A DNA stretch of 64,000 nucleotides. It comes from a bacterium. Lineage in GTDB: Bacteria; Krumholzibacteriota; Krumholzibacteriia; LZORAL124-64-63. Below the pieces are notes generated by a model, which saw nothing but the letters and a program-made list of their open reading frames with translations, made no database searches and was not told the origin of the DNA. Within the stretch, counting starts at the first letter, position 1. Each line of letters begins with the position of its first letter. The translations under genes and the position numbers were made by a program. Shown piece by piece: positions 27,258 through 36,464 of the stretch. The DNA lies in contig JADJYS010000014.1 of the NCBI GenBank assembly GCA_016719645.1, forward strand, positions 69,467 to 133,466, read 5' to 3'.

Positions 27258-28340
27258 ATGCGCCGCCTGCTTTTGGCCTGCCTCTTCGTCCTCGCGGTCC
27301 CGCTGGCCGCCGTCGCCCAGGAAACCCCCGCCGACGACGACGCCAAGCTCGACGAGGTGCTCGGCGCCCTCGAGAACCTCGGCCACCGCCTCGACGAGCT
27401 GCAGAAGCAGGTCGACGACGGCCTCTGGTTCGACCGCGTCGGCGACGTCGCCCACATCGACAAGGTGCGCCTCTGCGGCCCGCCGAAGTGGAAGGAGACC
27501 AACCCCACGGGCATCGGCGCCGGCAACCCGCTGAAGTTCTGGGCCTACGTCTTCATCCCCCGCGACCTCGATCCCGGCCGCCAGGCGCCGCTGCTGGTGC
27601 TGTCGCACGGCGGCGTCCACGCCGACTTCACGACCTACCACGCGCACATCGTGCGCGAGCTGCTCGCCCAGGGCTACGTGGTGGTGGCGCCGGAGTACCG
27701 CGGCAGCACGGGCTACGGCCGCGGCCTGTACGAGAGCATCGACTACGGCGGGCTGGAGGTCGAGGACGCCCACGCCTGCCGCGCCTACGTCCTGGAGAAC
27801 TACGACTTCGTCGATCCGGGCCGCGTGGGCACGATCGGCTGGAGCCACGGCGGGCTGATCAGCCTGATGAGCGTCTTCGAGCACCCCGACGACTACGCCT
27901 GCGCCTACGCGGGCGTGCCGGTCAGCGACCTCGTCGCGCGCCTCGGCTACCTGGACGACGAGTACCGCGACCTGTACTCGGCCGACTACCACATCGGCCA
28001 GACGGTCGGCGAGAACATCCCCGAGTACAAGCGGCGGTCGCCCGTGTGGAACGTCCGGAAGCTGAAGACGCCGCTGCTGGTGCTGTCCAACACCACCGAC
28101 GAGGACGTCAACGTGCTGGAGGTCGAGCACCTGGTCCAGGCGCTGAAGGCCGAGGGCAAGCAGTTCGAGCACGAGATCTACGAGGCCGCGCCCGGCGGCC
28201 ACAGCTTCGACCGGCTCGACACCCGGGGCGCCCAGGAGATCCGGCTGCGGGTCTACCGCTTCCTGGCGAAGCACCTGAAGCCGCCGCGCACCTTCGCCGA
28301 CGTGGATCAGCTCCACGCTGCGGGGTACGTGCAGCCATGA
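27258..28340 (+). CDS. S9-family serine peptidase / alpha-beta hydrolase (prolyl oligopeptidase family)
   Basis: GGAGG SD. Signal peptide. GWSHGG nucleophile elbow. Confidence 0.85.
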   Translation: MRRLLLACLFVLAVPLAAVAQETPADDDAKLDEVLGALENLGHRLDELQKQVDDGLWFDRVGDVAHIDKVRLCGPPKWKETNPTGIGAGNPLKFWAYVFIPRDLDPGRQAPLLVLSHGGVHADFTTYHAHIVRELLAQGYVVVAPEYRGSTGYGRGLYESIDYGGLEVEDAHACRAYVLENYDFVDPGRVGTIGWSHGGLISLMSVFEHPDDYACAYAGVPVSDLVARLGYLDDEYRDLYSADYHIGQTVGENIPEYKRRSPVWNVRKLKTPLLVLSNTTDEDVNVLEVEHLVQALKAEGKQFEHEIYEAAPGGHSFDRLDTRGAQEIRLRVYRFLAKHLKPPRTFADVDQLHAAGYVQP

Positions 28341-28450
28341 CCATCCGCCCGGGACTCCAAAAAACGGCGCGCCGCCTCTGGGGCCCGGCCCTCGGCGGCG
28401 CGCTCGGCTATCTCTGGCACTACTGGCAGCACTGCAGCGGCGCGACCTGA
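28337..28450 (+). CDS. Small ORF (37 aa) coupled by ATGA overlap to the S9 peptidase gene; in-frame continuation after TGA
   Basis: MTIRPGLQKTARRLWGPALGGALGYLWHYWQHCSGAT*. An open frame continues for 28 more codons after the TGA. Confidence 0.2.
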   Translation: MTIRPGLQKTARRLWGPALGGALGYLWHYWQHCSGAT

Positions 28451-28543
28451 CGGATCAGCGCCAACCCGGTCGTCGCGGTCCTCTGGGGCGCGGCGATCGG
28501 GTGGCTGCTGACCTCCGGGCGAGGCCGCCGCGACTGACGACCG

Positions 28544-29044
28544 TTATGACCGAGCCGGCAATTCGAGCAGCTTCTTGCGGGTGTAGGGGATCAGCCCCCC
28601 CGCATCGACGATCGCCTGCCGCGCCGGCGGCAGCGGCACGGCGTCGAACTCCCTGCCGCTGGTCCGGTTCCGCACCTTCCCGGAGGCGAGCTCGAGCTCG
28701 TCCCCCACCTCCGCCTCGATGGTCGGGCAGATGACCAGGCTCAGGCCGAGGTTGATGGCGTTCTGCAGGAAGATGCGCGCGATGCTCCGCGCGACGATGA
28801 CGAGCTCGTGGCCCCGGATGGTGCTCACCGCCTGTTCGCGGCTCGAGCCGCAGCCGAAGTTCTCGTCGGCGACGACGACGCTGCCGGCCGGGATCGCCCC
28901 GGCCTTGAGCTGCGCGTTGAACTCCGTGCGGTCGTGGAAACAGAACTGCGGCGTCTCGGTCGGCAGGACCGTGGCCATGAACCGGCCGGGGTAGATGTCG
29001 TCGGTGCTGATGTCCTTCCCGAGCTTCAGTACGACCTTGCCCAT
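28544..29044 (-). CDS. Aconitase-family dehydratase small subunit (LeuD-like, ~166 aa type)
   Basis: MGKVVLKLGKDISTDDIYPGRF...ADENFGCGSSREQA. Confidence 0.85.
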   Translation of the reverse strand: MGKVVLKLGKDISTDDIYPGRFMATVLPTETPQFCFHDRTEFNAQLKAGAIPAGSVVVADENFGCGSSREQAVSTIRGHELVIVARSIARIFLQNAINLGLSLVICPTIEAEVGDELELASGKVRNRTSGREFDAVPLPPARQAIVDAGGLIPYTRKKLLELPARS

Positions 29045-29045
29045 G

Positions 29046-30338
29046 TCAGCGACCTCCTGCGCGCGGATCGGTGATGACGCCGGTGATGGCGCTGGCCGCG
29101 GCGACGGCCGAGCTGCACAGGTAGACCTCGGATTTCGGGTTGCCCATGCGGCCCTTGAAGTTGCGGTTGGTGGTGGCGAGCGCCACTTCCTCGTCGCCGA
29201 GCGCCCCCTGGTGGATGCCCAGGCACGGGCCGCAGCCCGAGTTCATCACCACGGCGCCGGCCCTCATGAACTCCTGCAGGTAGCCGGCCTCGAGCGCCTG
29301 GGAGTAGATCCGCCCGGAGGCGGGGAAGACCAGCATGCGCGTGCCGGGAGCGACCTGCTTGCCCCTGAGGATCCCGGCGGCGATCTCGAGGTCGTCCAGG
29401 CGGCCGTTCGTGCAGCTGCCGATCACGATCTGCTGGACGGCCTTGCCGGCGACCTCGCCGATCGGCTTCACGTTGTCGACCGTGTGCGGGCAGGCGATCT
29501 GCGGTTCGAGCCGGGACACGTCGACCTCGACGACCCTCTCGTAGACGGCGTCGGCGTCCGGCCGGACCGGCGCGAGGGGCCCCGTGACGCCGGCCTCCTG
29601 GCGCAGGTAGCGCTCGGTCTCGGCGTCGGCGGGCACGAGGCCGCCGGTGGCGCCGGCCTCGACGCTCATGTTGCAGATGGTCAGGCGGCCGCTCGTCGAC
29701 ATCGCCGCGATCGTGTCGCCGTGGAACTCGAGCACGCGGAAGTTGGCGCCCTGGGCCGTGAGCCGGCCGATCAGGTGCAGGATCAGGTCCTTCGGCCCGA
29801 CGTGCTCCTGGAACCTGCCGCTGACGACGACCTTGATGGTCGGCGGCACCTCGATGTTGAGCGCGACGCCGAGCGTCCAGACCGAGGCCATCTCGGTGGC
29901 GCCGATGCCGAAGGCGAAGCAGCCCAGGGCCCCGTGGCTGGTCGTGTGGCTGTCGGTGCCGACGACCACGAAACCGGGCCGCACGTAGCCGCGCTCCGGC
30001 AGGATCTGGTGGCAGATGCCGCCGAGGTCGCCGCGGATGTCGTGGAACTTGGCGATGCCGTGGCGCGCCACGAAGCCGCGGATGAGCTTCTGGTTGGTGG
30101 CGGTCTTGGGCCCCTCGGCCGGCACCCGGTGGTCGAAGATGACGGCGATGCGGTCGGGGTCCCAGGGCTTGGGCTCGCGGCCCGTGCCCTGGTGGATCTC
30201 GTTGAACTGGTTGATGACCAGGGCCGCGTTCTCGTGCGACATGGCGAGATCGACGCGCGGCTCCACGATGTCCAGGGCCCTGACGGCCGGCACGCCCGCC
30301 GCCCTGGCCAGGATCTTCTCGACGACTGTCATTCCCAT
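29046..30338 (-). CDS. Aconitase-family dehydratase large subunit (LeuC-like, ~430 aa type)
   Basis: MGMTVVEKILARA... Fe-S cluster Cys motifs GSCTNGR and NSGCGPC. GAGGAG SD. Confidence 0.85.
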   Translation of the reverse strand: MGMTVVEKILARAAGVPAVRALDIVEPRVDLAMSHENAALVINQFNEIHQGTGREPKPWDPDRIAVIFDHRVPAEGPKTATNQKLIRGFVARHGIAKFHDIRGDLGGICHQILPERGYVRPGFVVVGTDSHTTSHGALGCFAFGIGATEMASVWTLGVALNIEVPPTIKVVVSGRFQEHVGPKDLILHLIGRLTAQGANFRVLEFHGDTIAAMSTSGRLTICNMSVEAGATGGLVPADAETERYLRQEAGVTGPLAPVRPDADAVYERVVEVDVSRLEPQIACPHTVDNVKPIGEVAGKAVQQIVIGSCTNGRLDDLEIAAGILRGKQVAPGTRMLVFPASGRIYSQALEAGYLQEFMRAGAVVMNSGCGPCLGIHQGALGDEEVALATTNRNFKGRMGNPKSEVYLCSSAVAAASAITGVITDPRAGGR

Positions 30339-30364
30339 CGCGACTCCTCGTGAGGTCCGGGGTT

Positions 30365-31570
30365 TCAGATGACGGCCTTCTGCTTGAGTTCGGCGAGCTG
30401 GTCCGCGGTGAAGCCCAGGCGGCCGAGGACCTCGGCGTTGTGCTGCCCGAGCGTCGGCGGCGGCGTGGCGACCGGGCCCGACTCGCCGTCGAACAGGGCG
30501 GTGAGGCCGAAGACCTCGATGTCGCCCAGGCCCGGCACGTTCACCTTCTGCAGGACCCCGCGGTGCGCGATCTGCGGCTGGCGCAGGGCCTGGCCCAGGC
30601 TCAGGATGTCGCCGCTCGGCACGTCGCGGGCGTTCAGGGCCTCGACCCAGTGCCGCGTCGTCTGCTCGGCGAGGCGCGCCTCGAGGAGCGGCGTCAGGGC
30701 CCGGCGGTTCTTCTTGCGCGTGTCGCGCTCCTGGAAGCGCGGGTCGGTCTTGAGCTCCGGCAGTCCGAGGACGTCGCAGACCGCCTCCCACTGCTCCTGC
30801 TTGTTGGCGGCGATGTTGATGTGGCCGTCGCTTGTGCGGAAGGTGCCGCTGGGCGCGGCCGTGAAGTTGTCGTTGCCCATGACCTGCGGCTCCTGGCCGC
30901 CGATCAGGAGGTTCGCGGCCACCCAGCCCATGAGCGGCATGATCGAGTCCAGGAGCGCGACGTCGATGAACCGGCCCTCGCCGGTCCGCTGGCGGTGGAA
31001 GAGGGCGGCCATCACCGCGAACGCCGCGTTCAGCCCGCCCACGGTGTCGCAGACGGGGAAGCCGGCGCGCAGCGGCGTCAGCCGCTCGTCGCCGTTGATC
31101 GCCATCTCGCCGGAGAGGCCCTGGATGATCTGGTCGTAGGCCGGCTTGTCGGCGTCCGGCCCGGTCTGGCCGAAGCCGGAGATCGCGCAGTAGACCAGCG
31201 ACGGGTTGATCCCGCGCAGGACGTCGTAGCCGAGCCCGAGGCGGTCCATGACGCCGGGGCGGAAGTTCTCGATCACCACGTCGGCGTCCTCGGCGAGCCG
31301 CTTGAAGATGGCCTTGCCTTCCGGCGACTTGGTGTTGAGGGTCACCGACTTCTTGTTGCAGTTCTGCGCCAGGAAGCTGGTGCCCATCAGCTGCCTGTTG
31401 TACTCGGGGACGATCCCGAGCTTGCGGGCCAGGTCGCCGTCCCTGGGGTTCTCGATCTTGACGACCTCGGCCCCCAGCAGCGCCAGGTGGAGCGAGGCGA
31501 ACGGGCCGGAGAGCACGTTCGTGAGGTCGAGCACCTTGATGCCGTCGAGCATGCGTACCTGATCGGTCAT
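30365..31570 (-). CDS. Family III CoA-transferase (CaiB/BaiF/Frc-like)
   Basis: MLDGIKVLDLTNVLSGPFAS...VVIENFRPG; 401 aa. Confidence 0.9.
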   Translation of the reverse strand: MTDQVRMLDGIKVLDLTNVLSGPFASLHLALLGAEVVKIENPRDGDLARKLGIVPEYNRQLMGTSFLAQNCNKKSVTLNTKSPEGKAIFKRLAEDADVVIENFRPGVMDRLGLGYDVLRGINPSLVYCAISGFGQTGPDADKPAYDQIIQGLSGEMAINGDERLTPLRAGFPVCDTVGGLNAAFAVMAALFHRQRTGEGRFIDVALLDSIMPLMGWVAANLLIGGQEPQVMGNDNFTAAPSGTFRTSDGHINIAANKQEQWEAVCDVLGLPELKTDPRFQERDTRKKNRRALTPLLEARLAEQTTRHWVEALNARDVPSGDILSLGQALRQPQIAHRGVLQKVNVPGLGDIEVFGLTALFDGESGPVATPPPTLGQHNAEVLGRLGFTADQLAELKQKAVI

Positions 31571-31582
31571 CGCAACACCTGC

Positions 31583-32482
31583 CTAGTAGGAGAGCGGGCC
31601 GGTCCTGTGGACCCGGCCCGGCATCTCGCGTCCGAAATGCGCCGCGACCTCGCGGGCCACGGCGACGATCCCCTCGAGTCCGATCTCCGTGCGCAGGCCG
31701 CCGCGCCGCAGGGCGTGGACCAGATCCTCGGTGGCCACGTTGCCGGCCGCGACCTTGGTGAACGGGCAGCCGCCCAGGCCGGCGAACGAGGTCTCGAAGC
31801 TGGTGACCCCCGACTCCATCGCGGCGTGGATGTTGGCCATGCCGAGGCCGTAGGTGTCGTGGAAGTGGCACGTGCAGCGGATCTCCGGCGCGAGCTGCAG
31901 GATCTCGCCGAACAGCCGGCGCACCTGCGCCGGGTGCGCGTGGCCGGCGGTGTCGGCGAGGCTGATGTTCGTGAGCCCGGCCTCGAGGTAGGCGCGCACG
32001 ATGTCGAGGACCCGCTCCTGCGGGATCGGGCCCTCGAAGCCGCAGCCGAAGGCGCTCTGCACCGAGACCTGGACCCTCTTGCCGGCCGCGACCGCCTCGG
32101 CGGCCGCGGCGATGATGCGGCGCTGCGCCTCCGCGGAACCCATGCCGGTGTTCTTCAGGCTGTGGGTCTCGGAGGCCGAGACGCCGAGGCAGAACAGGTC
32201 GACGCCGCACGCGAGCCCGCGCTCGAGGCCCTTCTCGTTGAGCACGAGGCCCGAGAGGATCGTCCCGCCCCTGGACGCTGCGTCGAGGGCGCGGAAGAGC
32301 TCGTCCGTGTCGGCCATCTGCGGCACCTTTTCCGGGTGCACGAACGAGCCCACCTGGACGATGTCCAGGCCCGCGGCGACGAGCGACCGGATCCACGCGA
32401 GCTTCTGCCCGGTCGGGACGACCTGCTTCTCGGCCTGCAGCCCGTCCCGGAGGCCGACCTCGTGGATGATGATCTCGGCCAT
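31583..32482 (-). CDS. HMG-CoA lyase-like DRE-TIM metallolyase (hydroxyacyl-/citramalyl-CoA lyase family)
   Basis: MAEIIIHEVGLRDGLQ...CHFHDTYG. Confidence 0.85.
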   Translation of the reverse strand: MAEIIIHEVGLRDGLQAEKQVVPTGQKLAWIRSLVAAGLDIVQVGSFVHPEKVPQMADTDELFRALDAASRGGTILSGLVLNEKGLERGLACGVDLFCLGVSASETHSLKNTGMGSAEAQRRIIAAAAEAVAAGKRVQVSVQSAFGCGFEGPIPQERVLDIVRAYLEAGLTNISLADTAGHAHPAQVRRLFGEILQLAPEIRCTCHFHDTYGLGMANIHAAMESGVTSFETSFAGLGGCPFTKVAAGNVATEDLVHALRRGGLRTEIGLEGIVAVAREVAAHFGREMPGRVHRTGPLSY

Positions 32483-32486
32483 CGCG

Positions 32487-33605
32487 CTACACCTTCCGGG
32501 CGATCGCCTCGCCCATCTCCAGGGTCGTGGCGCTGCCGCCCATGTCGTAGGTGCGCACGTCGCCTTCGGCGATGACCCGGGCGACCGCCTGCCCGAGCCG
32601 GGCGCCCTTGTCGGTCTCGCCCAGCCAGTCCAGCATCATCTTGCCGGCGAGGATGGTGGCGATGGGGTTCACCTTGTTCTGGCCGGCGTACTTGGGCGCG
32701 CTGCCGTGGCTCGGCTCGAACACGGCGAGCTTCTCGCCGATGTTGCCGGAGCAGCCGAAGCCGAGGCCGCCCACCATCTGCGCGGAGAGGTCGCTGACGA
32801 TGTCGCCGAACATGTTGGTGGCGACGAGCACGCCGTAGCTCTTGGGGTTCTTGAGCAGCCACATGCAGATGGCGTCGATGTTCGCGTCGTCCATCTGGAT
32901 CCCCGGGTAGTCCTTGGCGACGCGCTTGCCGATCTCCAGGAACATGCCCTCGGTCGCCCGCACCACGTTCGCCTTGTGGATCACGGTGACCTTGGGGTAG
33001 CCGAACTTCTTGGCGTACTCGAAGGCGGCGCGGATGATCCGCTCGCAGCCCTTCTTCGAGTTGATCTTGCAGGTGATGGCGTAGTCGCTGCCCGGCAGCG
33101 CGGCGAAATGGGAGAAGGGCTTGCTGAGCCGGCCCAGGACCTCGACGAGCTCGTCGGGGACCGGGCTGAACTCGACGCCGGCGTAGAGGTCTTCCGTGTT
33201 CTCCCGGAAGATCACCAGGTCGATGCCTTCCGCGTAGTTGAGGGGGTTGCCCGGGTAGGCCTTGCAGGGCCGCAGGCAGGTGTAGAGGTCGAAGGACTGC
33301 CGCATGCGGACGATGGGGCTGCGGTAGACCAGGCCCTTGCCCTGCAGCTCGGGCACGAGCTCGCGCTCCGCGTCCTTCACGGGCTTGGAGGTGATGGCGC
33401 CGAACAGGGCCGCGTCGCAGTTCCCCAGCAGGTCGATGGTGCGCCGGGGAAAGGCGTCGCCCTCCTTGCACCAGAACTCCCAGCCGATGTCGCCGTGCAC
33501 GTAGTCGGCGTCGAGCTTCAGGGCGTCGAGGCAGATCCTGGTCGCCTCCATGACCTCGACGCCGACACCGTCACCGGGCAACCAGGCGATCTTGTACTTG
33601 CTCAT
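32487..33605 (-). CDS. Isopropylmalate/isocitrate/tartrate dehydrogenase family protein (decarboxylating beta-hydroxyacid dehydrogenase)
   Basis: AAGGAGG SD. MSKYKIAWLPGDGVGVEV...NMFGDIVSDLSAQMVGGLG. Confidence 0.85.
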   Translation of the reverse strand: MSKYKIAWLPGDGVGVEVMEATRICLDALKLDADYVHGDIGWEFWCKEGDAFPRRTIDLLGNCDAALFGAITSKPVKDAERELVPELQGKGLVYRSPIVRMRQSFDLYTCLRPCKAYPGNPLNYAEGIDLVIFRENTEDLYAGVEFSPVPDELVEVLGRLSKPFSHFAALPGSDYAITCKINSKKGCERIIRAAFEYAKKFGYPKVTVIHKANVVRATEGMFLEIGKRVAKDYPGIQMDDANIDAICMWLLKNPKSYGVLVATNMFGDIVSDLSAQMVGGLGFGCSGNIGEKLAVFEPSHGSAPKYAGQNKVNPIATILAGKMMLDWLGETDKGARLGQAVARVIAEGDVRTYDMGGSATTLEMGEAIARKV

Positions 33606-33797
33606 GGAACCTCCTTGGGACCCGGGACCGGCCGACCGGCTCGGCCGATCCATGCGGTATTGGAATGATCGGGGGAGCCCCCGCAAACGAATCCACCTGT
33701 CGAAGATGCATCTTTCTCGTTGCAGTAATGATAATTATGATCCATCTTCGCCCGAAACGACAAACGATGATTTAACAGGAGCCTATTCGAAAAAGTC

Positions 33798-34706
33798 ATG
33801 ACCACGAAGCGGATCCTGCCCTCGCTCACCGCGCTGCAGTACTTCGAGGCCTCCGTGCGCCACATGAGCTTCACCCGGGCGGCGCGCGAGCTGAACGTGA
33901 CGCAGAGCGCGGTGAGCCGCCAGATCCGGCAGCTCGAGGAGTACGTGGGCAGGCCGCTGTTCCGCCGCCTCAAGCAGCGGCTGGTCCTGACCGAACCCGG
34001 CGAAGCCTACGCCGCCGCGGTGCGCGACCTGCTCGACCGCGCCGAGGCGGCGACGCTGCAGCTGATGGCCTACGGCAGCGGCGGCGGCGTGCTGACCATC
34101 GCCCTGCTGCCGACCTTCGGCTCGCGGTGGCTCGTCCCCCGCCTCGGCGACTTCACCGCGCGGCACCCCGACATCCAGCTCAACCTGGTGACGCAGGTGC
34201 GGCCGTTCGACTTCGCGGGCAGCGAGATCGACGTGGCCATCCACTTCGGCCGCGAGATCTGGCCGGGCGCGATCTGCCGCCAGCTGATGGGCGAGGTCGT
34301 CGTGCCGGTGGGGGCGCCGTCGCTGCTCGGGGGCGCCAGGCTGGCCCGCCCCCAGGACGTGGGCCGCTACACGCTCCTGCAGCACATGACCCGGCCGCAG
34401 GCCTGGCAGGAGTGGCTCCGCGCCTGCGGCGTGGAGGACAGCGACGGCCGCATGGGGCCGCGATTCGAGCAGTTCCACATGGTCATCCAGGCCGCCATCG
34501 CCGGGCTCGGGCTCGCGGTCCTGCCGCGGTTCCTGATCCAGGACGAGATCGCGAGCGGCCGGCTCGTCGTCGCGATCGACCGGCCGGTGAGGAGCGAGCA
34601 CGCCTACTACCTCGTCCATCCCGAACGCAAGGCGGACCTCCACCGCGTCACGGCGTTCCGCGACTGGCTGCTGGAGCTGTGCGCGACGCAGCGGGACGAC
34701 CTCTAG
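33798..34706 (+). CDS. LysR-family transcriptional regulator
   Basis: Helix-turn-helix FTRAARELNVTQSAVSRQIRQLE. Transcribed divergently from the 33605..28544 cluster. Confidence 0.9.
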   Translation: MTTKRILPSLTALQYFEASVRHMSFTRAARELNVTQSAVSRQIRQLEEYVGRPLFRRLKQRLVLTEPGEAYAAAVRDLLDRAEAATLQLMAYGSGGGVLTIALLPTFGSRWLVPRLGDFTARHPDIQLNLVTQVRPFDFAGSEIDVAIHFGREIWPGAICRQLMGEVVVPVGAPSLLGGARLARPQDVGRYTLLQHMTRPQAWQEWLRACGVEDSDGRMGPRFEQFHMVIQAAIAGLGLAVLPRFLIQDEIASGRLVVAIDRPVRSEHAYYLVHPERKADLHRVTAFRDWLLELCATQRDDL

Positions 34707-34757
34707 GGCGCGGCGATCGGCCGCCGGCCGCCCCCCGGGCGGGGCCGCCGCGGCTGA

Positions 34758-36278
34758 TTACCTCGCCAGGACCATCTTGCAGGCGGACCGCTCCGTGCCC
34801 GTCTTCACCTCGCAGAAGTAGACGCCGCTCGGCAGGGCGCGGCCTGCATCGTCACGGCCATCCCACCGCAACCTGATCACGCCGGCGGGACGGGACGCGT
34901 CGCTCAGCAGCACGCGCCGCAGCTTGCCGCCGGCATCGAAGACCCGCGCCGAAACCGGGGTGTCGGACGCCAGCGCGAATTCGATCTCGGTGGCGGGATT
35001 GAACGGGTTGGGGTTGGTCTTCACCGTGAGGCGCGCCGGGGGAACCGCCGCCGGCGCGCTGCCCGTGGGGTCGACGACGGGATCGAAGGCGTAGACCGCG
35101 CCCGCGTTGAGCGCGGTGTCGCTGTCCTTGCCGGCGCCGACCAGGACGCATCCGCCGTCGATGCCGACCGCGATGCCGAAATCGTCGTTCTGATTGCCGC
35201 CCGTGGCGGCCAGCCTCAGCAGCTCGGCGCCCGTCGCGACGTTGAAGACGTAGGACAACCCCGTCCGCGGCGTGCCGTAGCCCTGCTGGGTGGCGCCGAT
35301 CACGGCCAGATCGCCCGCGAGCGCGACGGAGCTGCCGAACCAGTCGGCGTAGTCCGCGTCCGCGGGGGTCAGCCTGTGCAGTTCCGCGCCGGTGGCGACG
35401 TCGAAGACGTAGGCCGCGCCGGCGTCTTCGTCCCCGCCGCCCCAGTAGGCGCCGACCAGCAGGGTGCGGCCGCAGATCGCCACCGCATTGCCGAAACGGT
35501 CGTAGGCGCCCCGGTCGCTGGCGGTCAGCCGCCAGAGCTCGACGCCGGTCCGCGGATCGAAGACGTAGACCGCGCCGCAGTCCGTCCTGCCGGGGGCGTC
35601 CCACATGGGAGCGCCGATCACCGCGAACGAGTCCGATACCGCCACCGCGTACCCGAACTGGTTCTGGCGGCCGAAGTCCGCGGCGACCAGCTTCCGCACC
35701 TGCACGCCGGTGTCCGGATCGAACAGGTACGCCGCGCCGCTGTCGTAGATCGAGACGCTGGCGTCGCAGTAGCGGGCGCCCACCAGGACGAACGAGTCCG
35801 AGACGGCCACGGCGCAGCCGAACTGGTCGTTCGCGGCGGCGTCGGCGGCCGTGAGCTTCCAGCGCTGGATCCCGTCGTCGGCCCCGAAGAGGTAGGCCGC
35901 GCCCGCATCGACGGCGGAGTGGTCGTCCCGCAGCGCGCCGATCACGGCACGCAGCCCGCGGAGCCCCACCGCGCAGCCGAAGTAATCGCCGCCGGCCGCG
36001 TCCGCGGCCCTCAGCTTGCGAGCCTGGACGTAACCGTCCAGGTCGAAGACGTAGGCGCAGCCGGAGTCGCCGCCGTCGTCGTCGTTCGCCTGGGCGCCGA
36101 TCAGGGCGAGTTCGCCCGACACGGCAAGGCTGATGCCGAAGCGGTCTCCGAGCGCCGCGTCGGCGGCCTGGATCCTGGTTTCGGTCGGCGTCGCCGACGC
36201 CGTGACGGCGCAGGCCAGACAGGCGAGGATGGTCGACGTCAAAAATCCGATGGGTGACTTCGCATCATCGTTCGACAT
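34758..36278 (-). CDS. Secreted FG-GAP-like repeat protein with C-terminal T9SS-like domain
   Basis: Repeated DxFGxAVAxxGxxxLIGA...YVFD units. C-terminus NPFNPATEIEFALASDTPVSARVFDAGGKLRRVL. Confidence 0.75.
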   Translation of the reverse strand: MSNDDAKSPIGFLTSTILACLACAVTASATPTETRIQAADAALGDRFGISLAVSGELALIGAQANDDDGGDSGCAYVFDLDGYVQARKLRAADAAGGDYFGCAVGLRGLRAVIGALRDDHSAVDAGAAYLFGADDGIQRWKLTAADAAANDQFGCAVAVSDSFVLVGARYCDASVSIYDSGAAYLFDPDTGVQVRKLVAADFGRQNQFGYAVAVSDSFAVIGAPMWDAPGRTDCGAVYVFDPRTGVELWRLTASDRGAYDRFGNAVAICGRTLLVGAYWGGGDEDAGAAYVFDVATGAELHRLTPADADYADWFGSSVALAGDLAVIGATQQGYGTPRTGLSYVFNVATGAELLRLAATGGNQNDDFGIAVGIDGGCVLVGAGKDSDTALNAGAVYAFDPVVDPTGSAPAAVPPARLTVKTNPNPFNPATEIEFALASDTPVSARVFDAGGKLRRVLLSDASRPAGVIRLRWDGRDDAGRALPSGVYFCEVKTGTERSACKMVLAR

Positions 36279-36378
36279 GGTTCCCCCCTATGAAAAATCC
36301 GATCGCATGCTGCCGCCCCGCGGATGTCCGGACGGGATGCGCCACGCTCATTCTACGCCCGCCGCACCGCAAACGGAA

Positions 36379-36410
36379 GACGGGGCCGCGTGCGATCACG
36401 CGGCCCCGTC
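36379..36410 (-). terminator. Hairpin GACGGGGCCGCGTG-cgat-CACGCGGCCCCGTC downstream of the BNR-repeat gene
   Basis: Perfect 14-bp stem, about 55 bp past the stop at 36465. Confidence 0.5.
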
Positions 36411-36464
36411 CCCTGGCGATTCCGGATGCCGAGAGGCGCCGGCGGCGGTGCGCCGGCAGCCGTC

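Noticed and set aside
29046-33668. N-terminal 680 codons of ORF 29046..32396(-), and ORFs 30350..32575(+), 32001..33668(+), 32155..33471(-)
   Set aside because: Frame artefacts across the LeuC/CoA-transferase/lyase/dehydrogenase genes. The real genes are delimited by SDs and conserved N-termini.
34707-34757. GC-rich imperfect palindrome between LysR stop and the convergent FG-GAP gene
   Set aside because: Arms are imperfect and short, so it is not convincingly a terminator.
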